DNA of 64,000 nucleotides, from assembly GCA_041484665.1 (NCBI GenBank), contig JBGPIA010000002.1, forward strand, positions 352,001 to 416,000, written 5' to 3'. Every line of letters starts with the position of its first letter. Position 1 is the stretch's first letter. The notes beneath the pieces are model-generated. The model was given only the letters and a program-made list of their open reading frames with translations, was not told where the DNA came from and did not search any database. Shown in pieces: positions 49,237 to 61,808 of this stretch. Position numbers and translations under genes: made by a program. This stretch comes from Candidatus Krumholzibacteriia bacterium (GTDB lineage: Bacteria; Krumholzibacteriota; Krumholzibacteriia; JAJRXK01).

Positions 49237-49956
49237 CTACTTCCCTCCTTCGAGCTTGGCCTGGTTCTTCGACCGGGCCGTGTCCAGCTTCTCCTTCACG
49301 CTGTCGGTGATGCGTCCCAGGCGCTTGGACGTGCTATCCAGCTCCTTCTTGGACGCATCGCCCGTCACCGCGGCCGGTTGGTCGGGCACGGTGTAGGCGA
49401 CGATGCGCATGGAGGCCTCGACGGTGTGGTGGACGTCCTTGCCGCCCTGTTTCTCGGGCTTGACACTCTCCAGCTTCATGTCGCGGACGTTCACGATGCG
49501 GTTGAGATTGGCGATCTGGCCGAGGAACGTGCCCACCTGGTGGTAGCCCCCCTCCACCTCGATGAAGATGGGGTTCTCCGTGTAGAAGTCGCGCACCAGC
49601 GGGGACTCGGGCTGGAACTTCACCCACTCCAGGCCCGACTGCTGCCCGGCGGCGGAGATCGTCCGCAGCAGATCGCTCATCTCGTTCTCGGTGGGCAGCA
49701 GCGACTGGGCGACCATCCACTGGCGGTGGAGGTAGTCGTACTCGCGCTCCAGCTTCGGGAGGTTACCGACGGTGAGCCGGGCGCGCTCGAGGTCGCGCGA
49801 GACGGCCTCGTAGTCCTTCTGCAGATCCTCGATCGCGTGCTTGCGGGGCTGGTAAGTGAAGCCCAGGAGGTTGCTCCCGAAGTATACGTACAGCACCAGC
49901 GCACCCAGCACCGTGGTGAAGAGGATCCGTTGCAACTTGGGGTTCTGCAGGTCCAT
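49237..49956 (-). CDS. pilO: type IV pilus assembly protein PilO
   Basis: N-terminal TM, coiled coil, LPTENEMSDLL, GGYHQVGTFL, LNRIVNV. Confidence 0.9.
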   Translation of the reverse strand: MDLQNPKLQRILFTTVLGALVLYVYFGSNLLGFTYQPRKHAIEDLQKDYEAVSRDLERARLTVGNLPKLEREYDYLHRQWMVAQSLLPTENEMSDLLRTISAAGQQSGLEWVKFQPESPLVRDFYTENPIFIEVEGGYHQVGTFLGQIANLNRIVNVRDMKLESVKPEKQGGKDVHHTVEASMRIVAYTVPDQPAAVTGDASKKELDSTSKRLGRITDSVKEKLDTARSKNQAKLEGGK

Positions 49957-49989
49957 GTCGTTGTGCCCTTCCGGATCCGGCCCCCGCCG

Positions 49990-50568
49990 CTAGTTGCCGG
50001 CGGCGACTTCCACCGCCGTGTTGCCCACGTGCGCCGTGGCGCTGAACTTGATGACCCGGACGTCCTTGATGAAGCCTCGCTCCAGGACGTCGAGGTCGAC
50101 GCTCTTGTAGCTCTCGCTCTGGGCCAGGTCGCGCATGAAGTCGGCGACCGTGAAGTTGCTGAAGGTGATCCCCTCGATCTTGATCGTGTTGGGGCCCTTC
50201 TCCTCCAAGAGGGTGAGCCAGGTGTTGTCGGGGAACTTGCGCGCCATCTCGCTGAGCAGGTGGACGCGGTAGTAGCGGTCCTTGTCCAAGGTCGTAATGG
50301 CGTCGAGCCGGCGGTCGACCTGCTCGCGCTCGGCGGTGAGCTGGCGGATGCGGGCGATCTGCGGAGCCAGCTTCTGTGTCTCCTCCTTCGCCGCGGCCAG
50401 GTCGTTCTGGAGCCGTTGGTAGGTGCGCAGCTGTTGGAAGTACATCACCCCACAGACGGCCACCACGGCCATCGCCACGAACATCGGCACGAACGCGCCG
50501 ATGGCCGGCACCTGGAGCTGTCGGCCCTTGGGGGCCTCTTCCTTGGCGAGCAGGTTGACGCGGATCAT
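49990..50568 (-). CDS. pilN: type IV pilus assembly protein PilN
   Basis: MIRVNLL PilM-binding motif, TM, coiled coil, PDNTWLT. Confidence 0.9.
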   Translation of the reverse strand: MIRVNLLAKEEAPKGRQLQVPAIGAFVPMFVAMAVVAVCGVMYFQQLRTYQRLQNDLAAAKEETQKLAPQIARIRQLTAEREQVDRRLDAITTLDKDRYYRVHLLSEMARKFPDNTWLTLLEEKGPNTIKIEGITFSNFTVADFMRDLAQSESYKSVDLDVLERGFIKDVRVIKFSATAHVGNTAVEVAAGN

Positions 50569-51632
50569 TGCTTGTCCCCCCTCGCCCGCAGCGCCAGACC
50601 GCACGAGACCGCCAGCAAAGGACTCAAGCGGTCCACGTTCTGGTTGGCGAACACCTCGGGGTCGTACTGCATCCCGGACAGCGGGTGCCCCACCTCGACC
50701 TCGAAGCCCTCGCGCTCGGCCAGGGCCGACTTGAGGCCCGGGAAGCGCGCTCCGCCGCCCGACAGCACGATGCGATCGATCGCCTCGGCGTCACCGGACG
50801 TGCGCAGGTAGCTGAGGCTGCGGTCGATCCCGGTGGAGAGGTCCTGGGCGACGACCTTGACGATCTGCAGCAGCCGCTCGGGTCCCTGGATCTGGTCCGA
50901 CTCCGGGTTGGCCACGATCTGCCGTGCCTCATCGAAGCCGACACCGAACTCCTTCTGGCACTCCTCGACGAGCTTGTTGGTACCCACGTTCAGGTCGCGC
51001 GTGAAGTACGGGATGCCCGACTGCACGACGCACAGACTGGTGACGTCGGCGCCGATGTTGAGCAGCCCGACGACCTCTTCGCTCGTGCCGCCGTGGACGT
51101 TCTCCCAAGCGTTTTGCACCGCGAACGCGTCGACGTCGATCACCACCGGCTGCAGGTCCGCCTCGCGGATCAGCTCGGCGTGGCCGTGGATCGTCTCCTT
51201 CTTGGCGGCCACCAGCAGGATCTCCATCTGGTTGGCTCCCACGTCATCCTTGAGGATCTGGAAATCCAGACAGATGTCGTCGATGTCGAAGGGCACGTGC
51301 TGCTCGGCCTCCCAGAAGATCGCTTCCTCCGCGTCCGCCGCGGCCATCTTGTCCATGATGATCTTCTTGACGATAACCGAGCGCCCGCCGACCGCGCTCA
51401 CGACCTGCTTGTCCTGGATGCGGGCACGGTCGAGACATTCGCGGATGGCCTCGACGACCATCTGGCGGTCCATGATCTCGCCCTCCACAATCGCCTCGGG
51501 GAGCAGCTCGACCATGGCAAAGTTGGTGATGACGGGGGTACCCCCCGAGTGATCGACGCGCAGGCACTTGATGATGTTGGAGCCGATGTCCAGCGCCACC
51601 GTCGCCTTGCTGCGCTTCCTCATGGACCACAT
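50565..51632 (-). CDS. pilM: type IV pilus assembly protein PilM
   Basis: ALDIGS, WEAEQHVPFD, ILLVAAKKE, DVDAFA, LSGGGA, CGLALR. Confidence 0.94.
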   Translation of the reverse strand: MWSMRKRSKATVALDIGSNIIKCLRVDHSGGTPVITNFAMVELLPEAIVEGEIMDRQMVVEAIRECLDRARIQDKQVVSAVGGRSVIVKKIIMDKMAAADAEEAIFWEAEQHVPFDIDDICLDFQILKDDVGANQMEILLVAAKKETIHGHAELIREADLQPVVIDVDAFAVQNAWENVHGGTSEEVVGLLNIGADVTSLCVVQSGIPYFTRDLNVGTNKLVEECQKEFGVGFDEARQIVANPESDQIQGPERLLQIVKVVAQDLSTGIDRSLSYLRTSGDAEAIDRIVLSGGGARFPGLKSALAEREGFEVEVGHPLSGMQYDPEVFANQNVDRLSPLLAVSCGLALRARGDKQ

Positions 51633-51769
51633 GCCGGGTTGCAGACCTCCGGTTGCCAGGAACGACTTGCGGCGCCGGATCGGGTCGCTCAAGCCGCGCC
51701 TGGGACGCGTCGGGATCGTCGGGTCGAGGGAGCCCGCGTTGGTTGCGCGAGATTCCCAAGGCGCCGGGA

Positions 51770-51785
51770 GGCAAGCCCTATGCCA
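51770..51785 (-). promoter_or_regulatory. sigma-54 (-24/-12) promoter of pilMNOPQ
   Basis: Minus strand TGGCATAGGGCTTGCC (GG-N10-GC). Confidence 0.75.
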
Positions 51786-51983
51786 AAGGTCCGCGGCGCC
51801 CTATGCCATAACAGCCTGTCGTTGAACCAGTTGCAGCTTGGAGGCCCCACGGGCCCCAGCGCGCGGGCGCCCGGTCGGCCGTCCTGCGAGAAACATTGCA
51901 GCCTGCACGGAGCAAAGCGCCGTCAGAGGGCGAGCGCGGGAAGCAGCGGAAACGTCCGGAGTGGGGAGTTTGACCAGACCGGT

Positions 51984-52778
51984 CTAGCGCGCCAACCCGG
52001 CCGCCGCCGCGTACCAGCGCACGAGCTCGCGTCCGAGGAAGACCACGACGAACGCGGCCACCGACAGGAAGGTGCCGAAGGCCACCTTGGCCTGGCCGCC
52101 CCGGCGCAGCACCGCCGTCCCGTAGATGGCGCCCAGCAGCGCGCCCAGGAAGATCGTCAGCAGCGCGCCGGTGGCGCCCAGGAACGCGCCCACCGCGCCC
52201 ATGAGCTTCACGTCGCCGCCGCCCATCGCCTCGACCTTGCGCGCCTTCTCCCACACGAGCCCCACCACCAGCAGCAGCCCGCCTCCGACCACAGCGCCCA
52301 GCAACGCGCGCCAGAGCCCTGGCCCGCACAGCGGTGCCAGCAGCAGCCCGACGGCCAGCAGGCCGAGGCTGAGCGGATCGGGGATGATCATGTGCTCCCA
52401 GTCAATGAGCGCGATGGCGGTAAGGCAGCAGAGCAGCGTGAAGGCCGACGCTGCGTGCGCGGTGGCGCCAAAGCGCAGCACGCACAAGACGGCCAGCGCG
52501 GCCGTGAAGGCCTCCACCAGAGGATAGCGCAAGGAGATCGGCGCACGGCAGCGGCGGCACCGCCCGCGCAGCAGGAGCCACGACACCACGGGCAGGTTGT
52601 CCCATGGCGCGATGCGCGCCTGGCAGGAGGGACAGCGGCTGGGCGGCGTCACCACCGACTGGCGGCGGGGCAGCCGGAAGACAACGACGTTGAGAAAGCT
52701 GCCGATGCACGCCCCGAAGCAGGCCGCCCACGCCGCCATCAGCCACGGGTGGGACGGCAGCGAATCAAGTCCCGGCAT
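51984..52778 (-). CDS. pilD: prepilin peptidase
   Basis: GSFLNVV, SRCPSC, GRCRRC, RYPLVE, LID, MGGGDVKL. Confidence 0.95.
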   Translation of the reverse strand: MPGLDSLPSHPWLMAAWAACFGACIGSFLNVVVFRLPRRQSVVTPPSRCPSCQARIAPWDNLPVVSWLLLRGRCRRCRAPISLRYPLVEAFTAALAVLCVLRFGATAHAASAFTLLCCLTAIALIDWEHMIIPDPLSLGLLAVGLLLAPLCGPGLWRALLGAVVGGGLLLVVGLVWEKARKVEAMGGGDVKLMGAVGAFLGATGALLTIFLGALLGAIYGTAVLRRGGQAKVAFGTFLSVAAFVVVFLGRELVRWYAAAAGLAR

Positions 52779-53511
52779 CGCGAGTCGTCCTCGTGATGGC
52801 GCGCTTGCGCTTGGCCCACTCCGGCACGGGCGCGTCTCCACGGATGGTCGCCTGCAGCTGCGCCACGTAGTCGAGGGCTCGCTGCCGCAGGCTCTCGTTC
52901 TGGGTCGTCTCCGCGATCGCCTGCCAGAGCAAGAGGCTCACCTGCAGATCGCCAGCGCGGCCGGCTACGAACGCGGCGAAGCGCCTGGGGAAGTCCGGCG
53001 CACCGGGCACCTGGGCCGCGCGCTCGAACCACACGCAGGCCGCCGCGTCGTCCATGCGCACGACGTACTCCACGAACCCGGCTTCGAAGGGCAGCCACCA
53101 GCTGCGCGGGTTGCGCGACATGCCCTCCTGCAAGAGCGCGATCGCTTGGTCGGGGCGCTGCATGTCCTCGGCCAGCACCATGCCGGCGAAGCGGTACGCC
53201 TCCTCGAAGTGGGGATCGAGTGCGATCACGCAGTCCACCATGTGGCGGAAGAACTCGAGGCCGTGCTGCCGCAGGCGCCACTCGCCGTAGTACTGCATGG
53301 TCTGGAACCACAACACGTCGGCGACGACGTCGTCGTATCCGATCGAGACGTGTTTCAGGAACTCGGGGCTGGGCAGACTGATGGCCCCCTGCACGCGCCC
53401 CTTGGGCTTGGCGTCCGCCGCCACCCGCCCAGCGAGCATCGCCGAGCCGGCCAGAACGCCCAGCGCGAGCAGTCGAGCGGACAGCCGGCGAAGTTCCGCC
53501 CCGCGGCTCAC
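52765..53511 (-). CDS. TPR-like pilus-associated protein (PilG-like, Myxococcus nomenclature)
   Basis: N-terminal hydrophobic segment, ADVLWFQTMQYYG, LDPHF..AY and TPR-like helices; coupled to the ABC permease. Confidence 0.6.
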   Translation of the reverse strand: MSRGAELRRLSARLLALGVLAGSAMLAGRVAADAKPKGRVQGAISLPSPEFLKHVSIGYDDVVADVLWFQTMQYYGEWRLRQHGLEFFRHMVDCVIALDPHFEEAYRFAGMVLAEDMQRPDQAIALLQEGMSRNPRSWWLPFEAGFVEYVVRMDDAAACVWFERAAQVPGAPDFPRRFAAFVAGRAGDLQVSLLLWQAIAETTQNESLRQRALDYVAQLQATIRGDAPVPEWAKRKRAITRTTRDAGT

Positions 53512-54272
53512 CGGAACTCCCTGCGCCGGAACAGGATCGCCGCCAGCCCGAGCAGCGAGGCCGAGTAGAGCGCCCCGTACAGCAGGCTCCACAGGACGTG
53601 GAGCGCCTCCACCGGGAGTCCGTGGACGGCCGCGTTGCGGATATTGAACAACTCCAGGTCGGGCAGCAACCGGCGCAGGACCAGCGCCCCGCGCTCCACG
53701 CCACCGTTGCCCGTCGCGCCGGCGAAGGTCTCCAGGTCGCGCAGCGTGTGCCCGGCGATGAACACGCCCAGGGTAAACAGGCTGGTGAGCAGGGACCCGG
53801 TGAAGCTGCTGAAGAACATGGCGACGGAAGTCACCACGACCATCTCGGCCATGGAGAGCAGGATCGAGACGAGGAAGGCGGACCGAAACGGCGTGCGCGT
53901 GAGGAGCACGGCCACCAGGAAAAGCGCCGTCATGGCACCCATCATCACGGCGATCGTCCAGAGCAGCCCCAGCGACTTCCCGATCAGGAACTCCAGGCGG
54001 GAGATCGGCTTGCTCAGGATGGTCGTGATCGTGCGCTTGTCGATCTCCTTGTGCACCATTCCGCTGCCCACCAGCAGGATGACGATGAGCGAGAACGCCG
54101 TCATCGCCCCCAGGCCGATGTCGGCGACGATCTTGGTCTGCGCCCCGATGGTGAGTGGGCTCATGACGACCGTGCTGAGCAGCAGCACCAGCCCGAACAC
54201 GCCCACCAGGCTGAAGACCTTGTCGCGAACCGCTTCGCGGAACGTGCTGCGCGCGATGACCAGAATGCTCAA
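53508..54272 (-). CDS. ABC-2 type permease (PilI-like)
   Basis: IARSTFREAVRDK, EIDKRTITTILSKPISR, about six TM helices, FRRREF end. Confidence 0.88.
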   Translation of the reverse strand: MSILVIARSTFREAVRDKVFSLVGVFGLVLLLSTVVMSPLTIGAQTKIVADIGLGAMTAFSLIVILLVGSGMVHKEIDKRTITTILSKPISRLEFLIGKSLGLLWTIAVMMGAMTALFLVAVLLTRTPFRSAFLVSILLSMAEMVVVTSVAMFFSSFTGSLLTSLFTLGVFIAGHTLRDLETFAGATGNGGVERGALVLRRLLPDLELFNIRNAAVHGLPVEALHVLWSLLYGALYSASLLGLAAILFRRREFR

Positions 54273-55324
54273 GAGATCACCTTTTCCTGCCGGCCGGCGT
54301 TGCGGACTTCCTGCTCGGGTCGGGCGGTGCCCACCCGTGGCGTGATGGCCGGCGCGGTGGGGCCCGTCACCGGTCGCGCCGGGGCGGGGCTCTGGCTGGC
54401 GCGCGCCGCGGCGTAGGCCTCCGCCAGGAAGATCTCCTCGAGGGTCTGACGCTGCGGGACGACGCCCAACAGCTGGCCACCTCCGGTACGGACCGCGGCG
54501 AGGACCAGGGAGAGCTGCGTCTCCTCCTCGAGCTCGATGCGCACCACGTAGCCGTCGCGGTACACGGTGAACCCGCGCGCAGCCAGCGCGGCCATGGCGT
54601 CCCCCTGCAGGCCGCGGCACTGGACCTCCAGCTTGCGCGCCGCGGCGGGCAGCTCCTGCAGGCGAACGATGCGCCGCAGATTGCCGCCGCTGAGGATCGC
54701 AGCGCGATCGGCGATGGCCTCCACGTCGTAGAGGATGTGGCTGCTCATGAACAGAGTCTTTCCGCGCTGCTTGAGCTCGCCCAGGATGGTGCGGATCTGA
54801 TGGCGGCCCACGGGGTCGAGGCCGCTCATGGGCTCGTCGAGGATCAGCAGGTCGGGATCGTTGATCAAGGCCTGCGCCAGGCCGATGCGCTGCAGCATCC
54901 CCTTGGAGTAGGTGCGCAGTCGCTGGCCGGCAGCGTCGGTCATCCCCACCAGCGCGAGCACCTCGTCCATGCGCGCGCCCACCTGGGGCCGGGGCAGCCG
55001 GTGCAGGTCGGCCGCGAGCTGCAGCAGCTCGCGCCCGGACAGATGGTCGTAGAAGTACGGGTTCTCGGGCAGGTAGCCCACGCGGCGCAGCGCAGCGCGG
55101 TTGCCCGCCGGCGCGCCAAACATGCGGACCTCACCGGAATCGATACGCACCAGACCCAGCAGCGCCTTGATCGTGGTGCTTTTTCCGGCGCCGTTGTGCC
55201 CCAGGCAGGCGAAGGTCTCACCGGCCTCGACCTCGAAGTTGATCCCGTCGAGGGCGACCTTGCGGCGCATGGCGAAGCCGCTGCGGTAGCTCTTGCAGAC
55301 GTCGTGTAGGGCGCAGACGACCAA
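54269..55324 (-). CDS. ABC transporter ATP-binding protein (PilH-like)
   Basis: GHNGAGKST, YLPENPYFY, YSKGMLQR, ILDEPMSGLDP, SSH; TTG start with AGGAGG RBS. Confidence 0.92.
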   Translation of the reverse strand: MVVCALHDVCKSYRSGFAMRRKVALDGINFEVEAGETFACLGHNGAGKSTTIKALLGLVRIDSGEVRMFGAPAGNRAALRRVGYLPENPYFYDHLSGRELLQLAADLHRLPRPQVGARMDEVLALVGMTDAAGQRLRTYSKGMLQRIGLAQALINDPDLLILDEPMSGLDPVGRHQIRTILGELKQRGKTLFMSSHILYDVEAIADRAAILSGGNLRRIVRLQELPAAARKLEVQCRGLQGDAMAALAARGFTVYRDGYVVRIELEEETQLSLVLAAVRTGGGQLLGVVPQRQTLEEIFLAEAYAAARASQSPAPARPVTGPTAPAITPRVGTARPEQEVRNAGRQEKVIS

Positions 55325-55419
55325 GGCCCCCCCTCCTGGCTGGATTCCAGCCACCACTGCGCGCGGGCCGACGGCGATTGCTGCAGTTCTGGAGATCCGC
55401 GCGGGCGCGCCGGGGAAGC

Positions 55420-55435
55420 TGCAGAATCGGTGCCA
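55420..55435 (-). promoter_or_regulatory. sigma-54 (-24/-12) promoter of the ABC module and pilD
   Basis: Minus strand TGGCACCGATTCTGCA (GG-N10-GC). Confidence 0.7.
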
Positions 55436-55490
55436 GCGCAGTCGCCGGCGGTTGCGGCGACCAAGGCCGGGTTGCCCGCTCCCTGTGGGC

Positions 55491-55526
55491 AAACGCAGGG
55501 GCCGCGCGGACGTCCCGCGCGGCCCC
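55491..55526 (-). terminator. intrinsic terminator after pilA
   Basis: 12-bp perfect stem ggggccgcgcgg/ccgcgcggcccc (55498-55526), 5-nt loop, followed by tgcgttt on the minus strand. Confidence 0.7.
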
Positions 55527-55562
55527 CATCTCCGCTCGAATCGGCGGATGCTCAGGCGGCGA

Positions 55563-55973
55563 TTACTGGCCGCTGGTCAGCGTGATCACGAGCGCGGTCT
55601 TGCCGAAACCCGTGATGGTGTAGCCGACGTTGACACCGTTCTGCTGGATCGGCACGTAGCCGCTCTCCCCGGGGTTTCCGGCAGCAGCGTCGACGGGCTC
55701 GGTCGCAGCCTTGGTGAAGGGGTTGGTCAGCAGCACCTGGCCCGGCAGCGCAGGCGTGAAGCCTGCGACGTTGGCCGAGTAGACGCCGTCGTTGGTCACG
55801 CTGAAGTCTTCAGCCGCCAGCTGGGCGGTATGGCAGTTGGACTTCACCGACGCCTCCTTGGCGCGGTCCTGCATGCTGATGAAGTTCGGGATCGCGATGG
55901 CGGCGAGAATGCCGATGATCACGACGACGATCATGAGCTCGATCAGCGTGAAACCCTTGGTGTTCCTCAACAC
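55563..55973 (-). CDS. pilA: type IVa major pilin
   Basis: Class III signal KG|FTLIELMIVVVIIGILAAIAIP; GTG start with GAGGAGG RBS; between pilR and the ABC module. Confidence 0.93.
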   Translation of the reverse strand: MLRNTKGFTLIELMIVVVIIGILAAIAIPNFISMQDRAKEASVKSNCHTAQLAAEDFSVTNDGVYSANVAGFTPALPGQVLLTNPFTKAATEPVDAAAGNPGESGYVPIQQNGVNVGYTITGFGKTALVITLTSGQ

Positions 55974-56057
55974 GATGATGGCCTCCTCGTTTGAACCAGA
56001 CCGACTCCGCGGGTGCAGGGCCGGAGGTCGTGGGTGACTTGCGGTGGTGAGCGGGAG

Positions 56058-56073
56058 AGCAGGGGCCGTGCCA
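56058..56073 (-). promoter_or_regulatory. sigma-54 (-24/-12) promoter of pilA
   Basis: Minus strand TGGCACGGCCCCTGCT (GG-N10-GC) next to a sigma-54 activator gene. Confidence 0.75.
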
Positions 56074-56244
56074 GGGGGGATCGTTTTTCCCACTACCAGG
56101 ATCTGATTGTCTGACAGGCGTTTAGGAGCGCGAACCGGCGCAGGGCGCCCCACGGGGGGTGGCCGCAGGCTAGCCGGCGTTGCAGGGTGCGCGGCGAAAC
56201 GCTCATTCTGCTGCGCCGTCCCCACCTCCCCACGCCCGCACCGA

Positions 56245-57684
<1,440 letters not shown>

Positions 57685-57707
57685 CGTGGTCGGTCCTTTC
57701 CCGGCTG

Positions 57708-59411
<1,704 letters not shown>

Positions 59412-59495
59412 CGTCACGTTGCGGTTCCCCCCAGAGCGGCGGGCGCGGCGCAAAGCACCGGCACCGGTCGCGCCGTCCTCGTCGTGGTGCCGGGC

Positions 59496-60713
59496 TCAGC
59501 CCCCCAGCACGTTCGCCAGCTTGAACATTGGCAGATACATCGCCACCAGCATCCCGCCGACCAGGATGCCCATTAGCACGATCATGACGGGCTCGATCAC
59601 GGCCGTGAGCTGCTCCACGGCGGTGTCGACCTCCGAATCGTAGAAGTCGGCGATCTTCTGGAGCATTTCGTCCAAGGCGCCGGTCTGCTCGCCGACCGCG
59701 ATCATCTGCACCACCATGGGCGGGAAGACGTCGCACTGGCGCAGCGGCTCGCTAATCGTTTGGCCCTGGCTGATGGAGTTGCGCGTGGAGGCGATCGCCT
59801 CCTGGATGATGACGTTGCCCGCAGTCCGCGACGTGATGTCCAGACCCTGCAGGATCGGGACGCCGGAGCCCACCAAGGTACCCAGGGTGCGCGTGAAGCG
59901 CGCGACGGCACTCTTGCGCAGCACGTTCCCCAGCACGGGGATGCGCAGGCTCAGCGCGTCGATCCGCCGCCGCCCGCGTGGCGACTTGTAGAAGGCGCGG
60001 AAGGCCACTGCCCCCCCGATGATCGCGAGCCCCAGCACCCACCAACAGCGGCGCAGGAAGATGCTGATCCCCATCACGATGCGCGTCGGCATGGGCAACG
60101 TCCCGCCGAAATCGGAGAACATCTTGGCGAACACCGGAATCACGAACATCAGCATGAAGGTCGTGGCGCCGAGGGCTACCAACGCCACGATCGTCGGGTA
60201 GGTCATGGCGCTCTTGACCTTGCGCTGCAGCGCGTCGGCCTTCTCCAGGTAGGTGGCCAGACGGGCAAAGATCACGTCGAGGATACCGCCCGTCTCCCCC
60301 GCATCCACCATGTTGACGTAGAGATCGCTGAAGACGGTCTTATGCCGGCCCAGGCCGCCGGCCAGGGTGTTGCCGCCCTCGACGTCCAGCATCACGGCGG
60401 TGATGGCCTTGCGGAAGTGCTCGTTCTCGGTCTGCTTGCTCAGGATGTCCAGGCACTGCACCAGGGGCAGCCCGGCATTGACCATGGTAGCAAACTGCCG
60501 GGTGAAGACCGACAGATCGCGCACCTTCACGCCGCGCTTGATGGGCAGCGCGAAACTGATGTCCTTGGCCTTCTCGCGCACCGTGCCGACCAGGATCTTC
60601 CGCTTGCGCAGGTAGTTGACCACGTCCTGCTTGTCGTCGGCCTCGTACTCGCCGCTCAAGGCCTCGCCCTGGGGGGTGCGTCCCTTCCAGACAAACGTCG
60701 TCGCCACGTGCAT
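59496..60713 (-). CDS. pilC: type IV pilus platform protein PilC
   Basis: FTRQFATMVNAGLPL, GETGG, KSAMTYP, GEQTGALD, AMYLPMF. Confidence 0.96.
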   Translation of the reverse strand: MHVATTFVWKGRTPQGEALSGEYEADDKQDVVNYLRKRKILVGTVREKAKDISFALPIKRGVKVRDLSVFTRQFATMVNAGLPLVQCLDILSKQTENEHFRKAITAVMLDVEGGNTLAGGLGRHKTVFSDLYVNMVDAGETGGILDVIFARLATYLEKADALQRKVKSAMTYPTIVALVALGATTFMLMFVIPVFAKMFSDFGGTLPMPTRIVMGISIFLRRCWWVLGLAIIGGAVAFRAFYKSPRGRRRIDALSLRIPVLGNVLRKSAVARFTRTLGTLVGSGVPILQGLDITSRTAGNVIIQEAIASTRNSISQGQTISEPLRQCDVFPPMVVQMIAVGEQTGALDEMLQKIADFYDSEVDTAVEQLTAVIEPVMIVLMGILVGGMLVAMYLPMFKLANVLGG

Positions 60714-60725
60714 ACCTCCGGAGGT

Positions 60726-61796
60726 CTAGACCTCGACAGCTTCGCCGATCATCTTCAGCAGTTCTTGATGGTCGCTGCTGCGGTTGAGCGCCTCTTCGTA
60801 GCCGATGAGCCGGTTGACGTAGGCTTGATAGAGTGCCTGGTTCATGGTCTGCATGCCGTGCTTCTGGCCGGCCTGCATCACGCCGTAGATTTGATGGACC
60901 TTGTTGTCACGGATCAGTGCCTTGATGGCCGGCGTGCAGACCATTACCTCGGCGCACATCACCCGCCCCTTGCCCTTGGAGCGCGGGACGAGCTGCTGGG
61001 TCATGACCCCCTCCAGCACGAAGGCGAGCTGAGCTCGCACCTGTGTCTGCTGGCTGGCCGGGAACACGTCCACGATGCGGTTGATCGACTCGAAGGTGTT
61101 GTTGGTGTGCAGCGTGGCCAGGCACAAGTGCCCCGTCTCGGCGATGGTCAAGGCGGCGGCCATCGTCTCGTAGTCGCGCATCTCACCCACCAAGATCACG
61201 TCCGGGTCCTGGCGCAGCACGTACTTCAGGGCGTTCCCGAAGGTGTCGGTGTCGCTCTTGATCTCGCGCTGGTTGACGATGCTCTTCTTGTGGTGGTGCA
61301 CGTACTCGATGGGGTCCTCGATGGTGATGACGTGGCAGCTGCGCGTGGTGTTGATGTGGTCGACGACGCTGGCCAGGGTCGTGGACTTGCCCGAGCCCGT
61401 GGGCCCGGTCACCAGCACCAGGCCGCGGGGCAGATCGGCAAAGCGCCGCACCACCGTCGGCAGCCCCAGCTGGTCGAAGGTCAGGATCTGGTACGGGATC
61501 TGGCGCACGGCCATCGACGTCACTCCACGCTGCAGGAAGACGTTGGCGCGGAAGCGGCTGACCCCCTGTACGCCGAAAGACAGATCCAGCTCCTTGGTGT
61601 TCTCGAAGGTCTTCTTCTGCTCGTCGTTGAGGACCGAGTAGGCAAGCGCCCGCGTGTCGTCGGGGCTGAGCATCTCGAAGTTGCTGCTCTCGATCCGCCC
61701 GTCGACGCGGAACATCGGCGGCAGGCCAGCCGTCAGGTGCAGGTCGCTGGCCCCGCGCTTGACCATCTCCTCCAGGAGCTCGCGCAGACTGATCAT
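60726..61796 (-). CDS. pilT: type IV pilus retraction ATPase PilT
   Basis: ASDLHL, GPTGSGKSTT, LRQDPD, TGHL, AIKALIRD, GMQTMNQAL. Confidence 0.96.
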   Translation of the reverse strand: MISLRELLEEMVKRGASDLHLTAGLPPMFRVDGRIESSNFEMLSPDDTRALAYSVLNDEQKKTFENTKELDLSFGVQGVSRFRANVFLQRGVTSMAVRQIPYQILTFDQLGLPTVVRRFADLPRGLVLVTGPTGSGKSTTLASVVDHINTTRSCHVITIEDPIEYVHHHKKSIVNQREIKSDTDTFGNALKYVLRQDPDVILVGEMRDYETMAAALTIAETGHLCLATLHTNNTFESINRIVDVFPASQQTQVRAQLAFVLEGVMTQQLVPRSKGKGRVMCAEVMVCTPAIKALIRDNKVHQIYGVMQAGQKHGMQTMNQALYQAYVNRLIGYEEALNRSSDHQELLKMIGEAVEV

Positions 61797-61808
61797 CGTT
61801 TCTCCTGC

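Noticed and set aside
55470..55500. gggcaaac-containing hairpin resembling a c-di-GMP-I riboswitch
   Set aside because: On the antisense strand relative to the pil genes and lacks the second stem and GNRA/receptor elements
55563..55973. Possible electrically conductive (e-pilin) PilA, given the Geobacter-like locus
   Set aside because: Only 9 F/Y/W in 129 mature residues (about 7%), Met rather than Tyr at position 27, and not truncated
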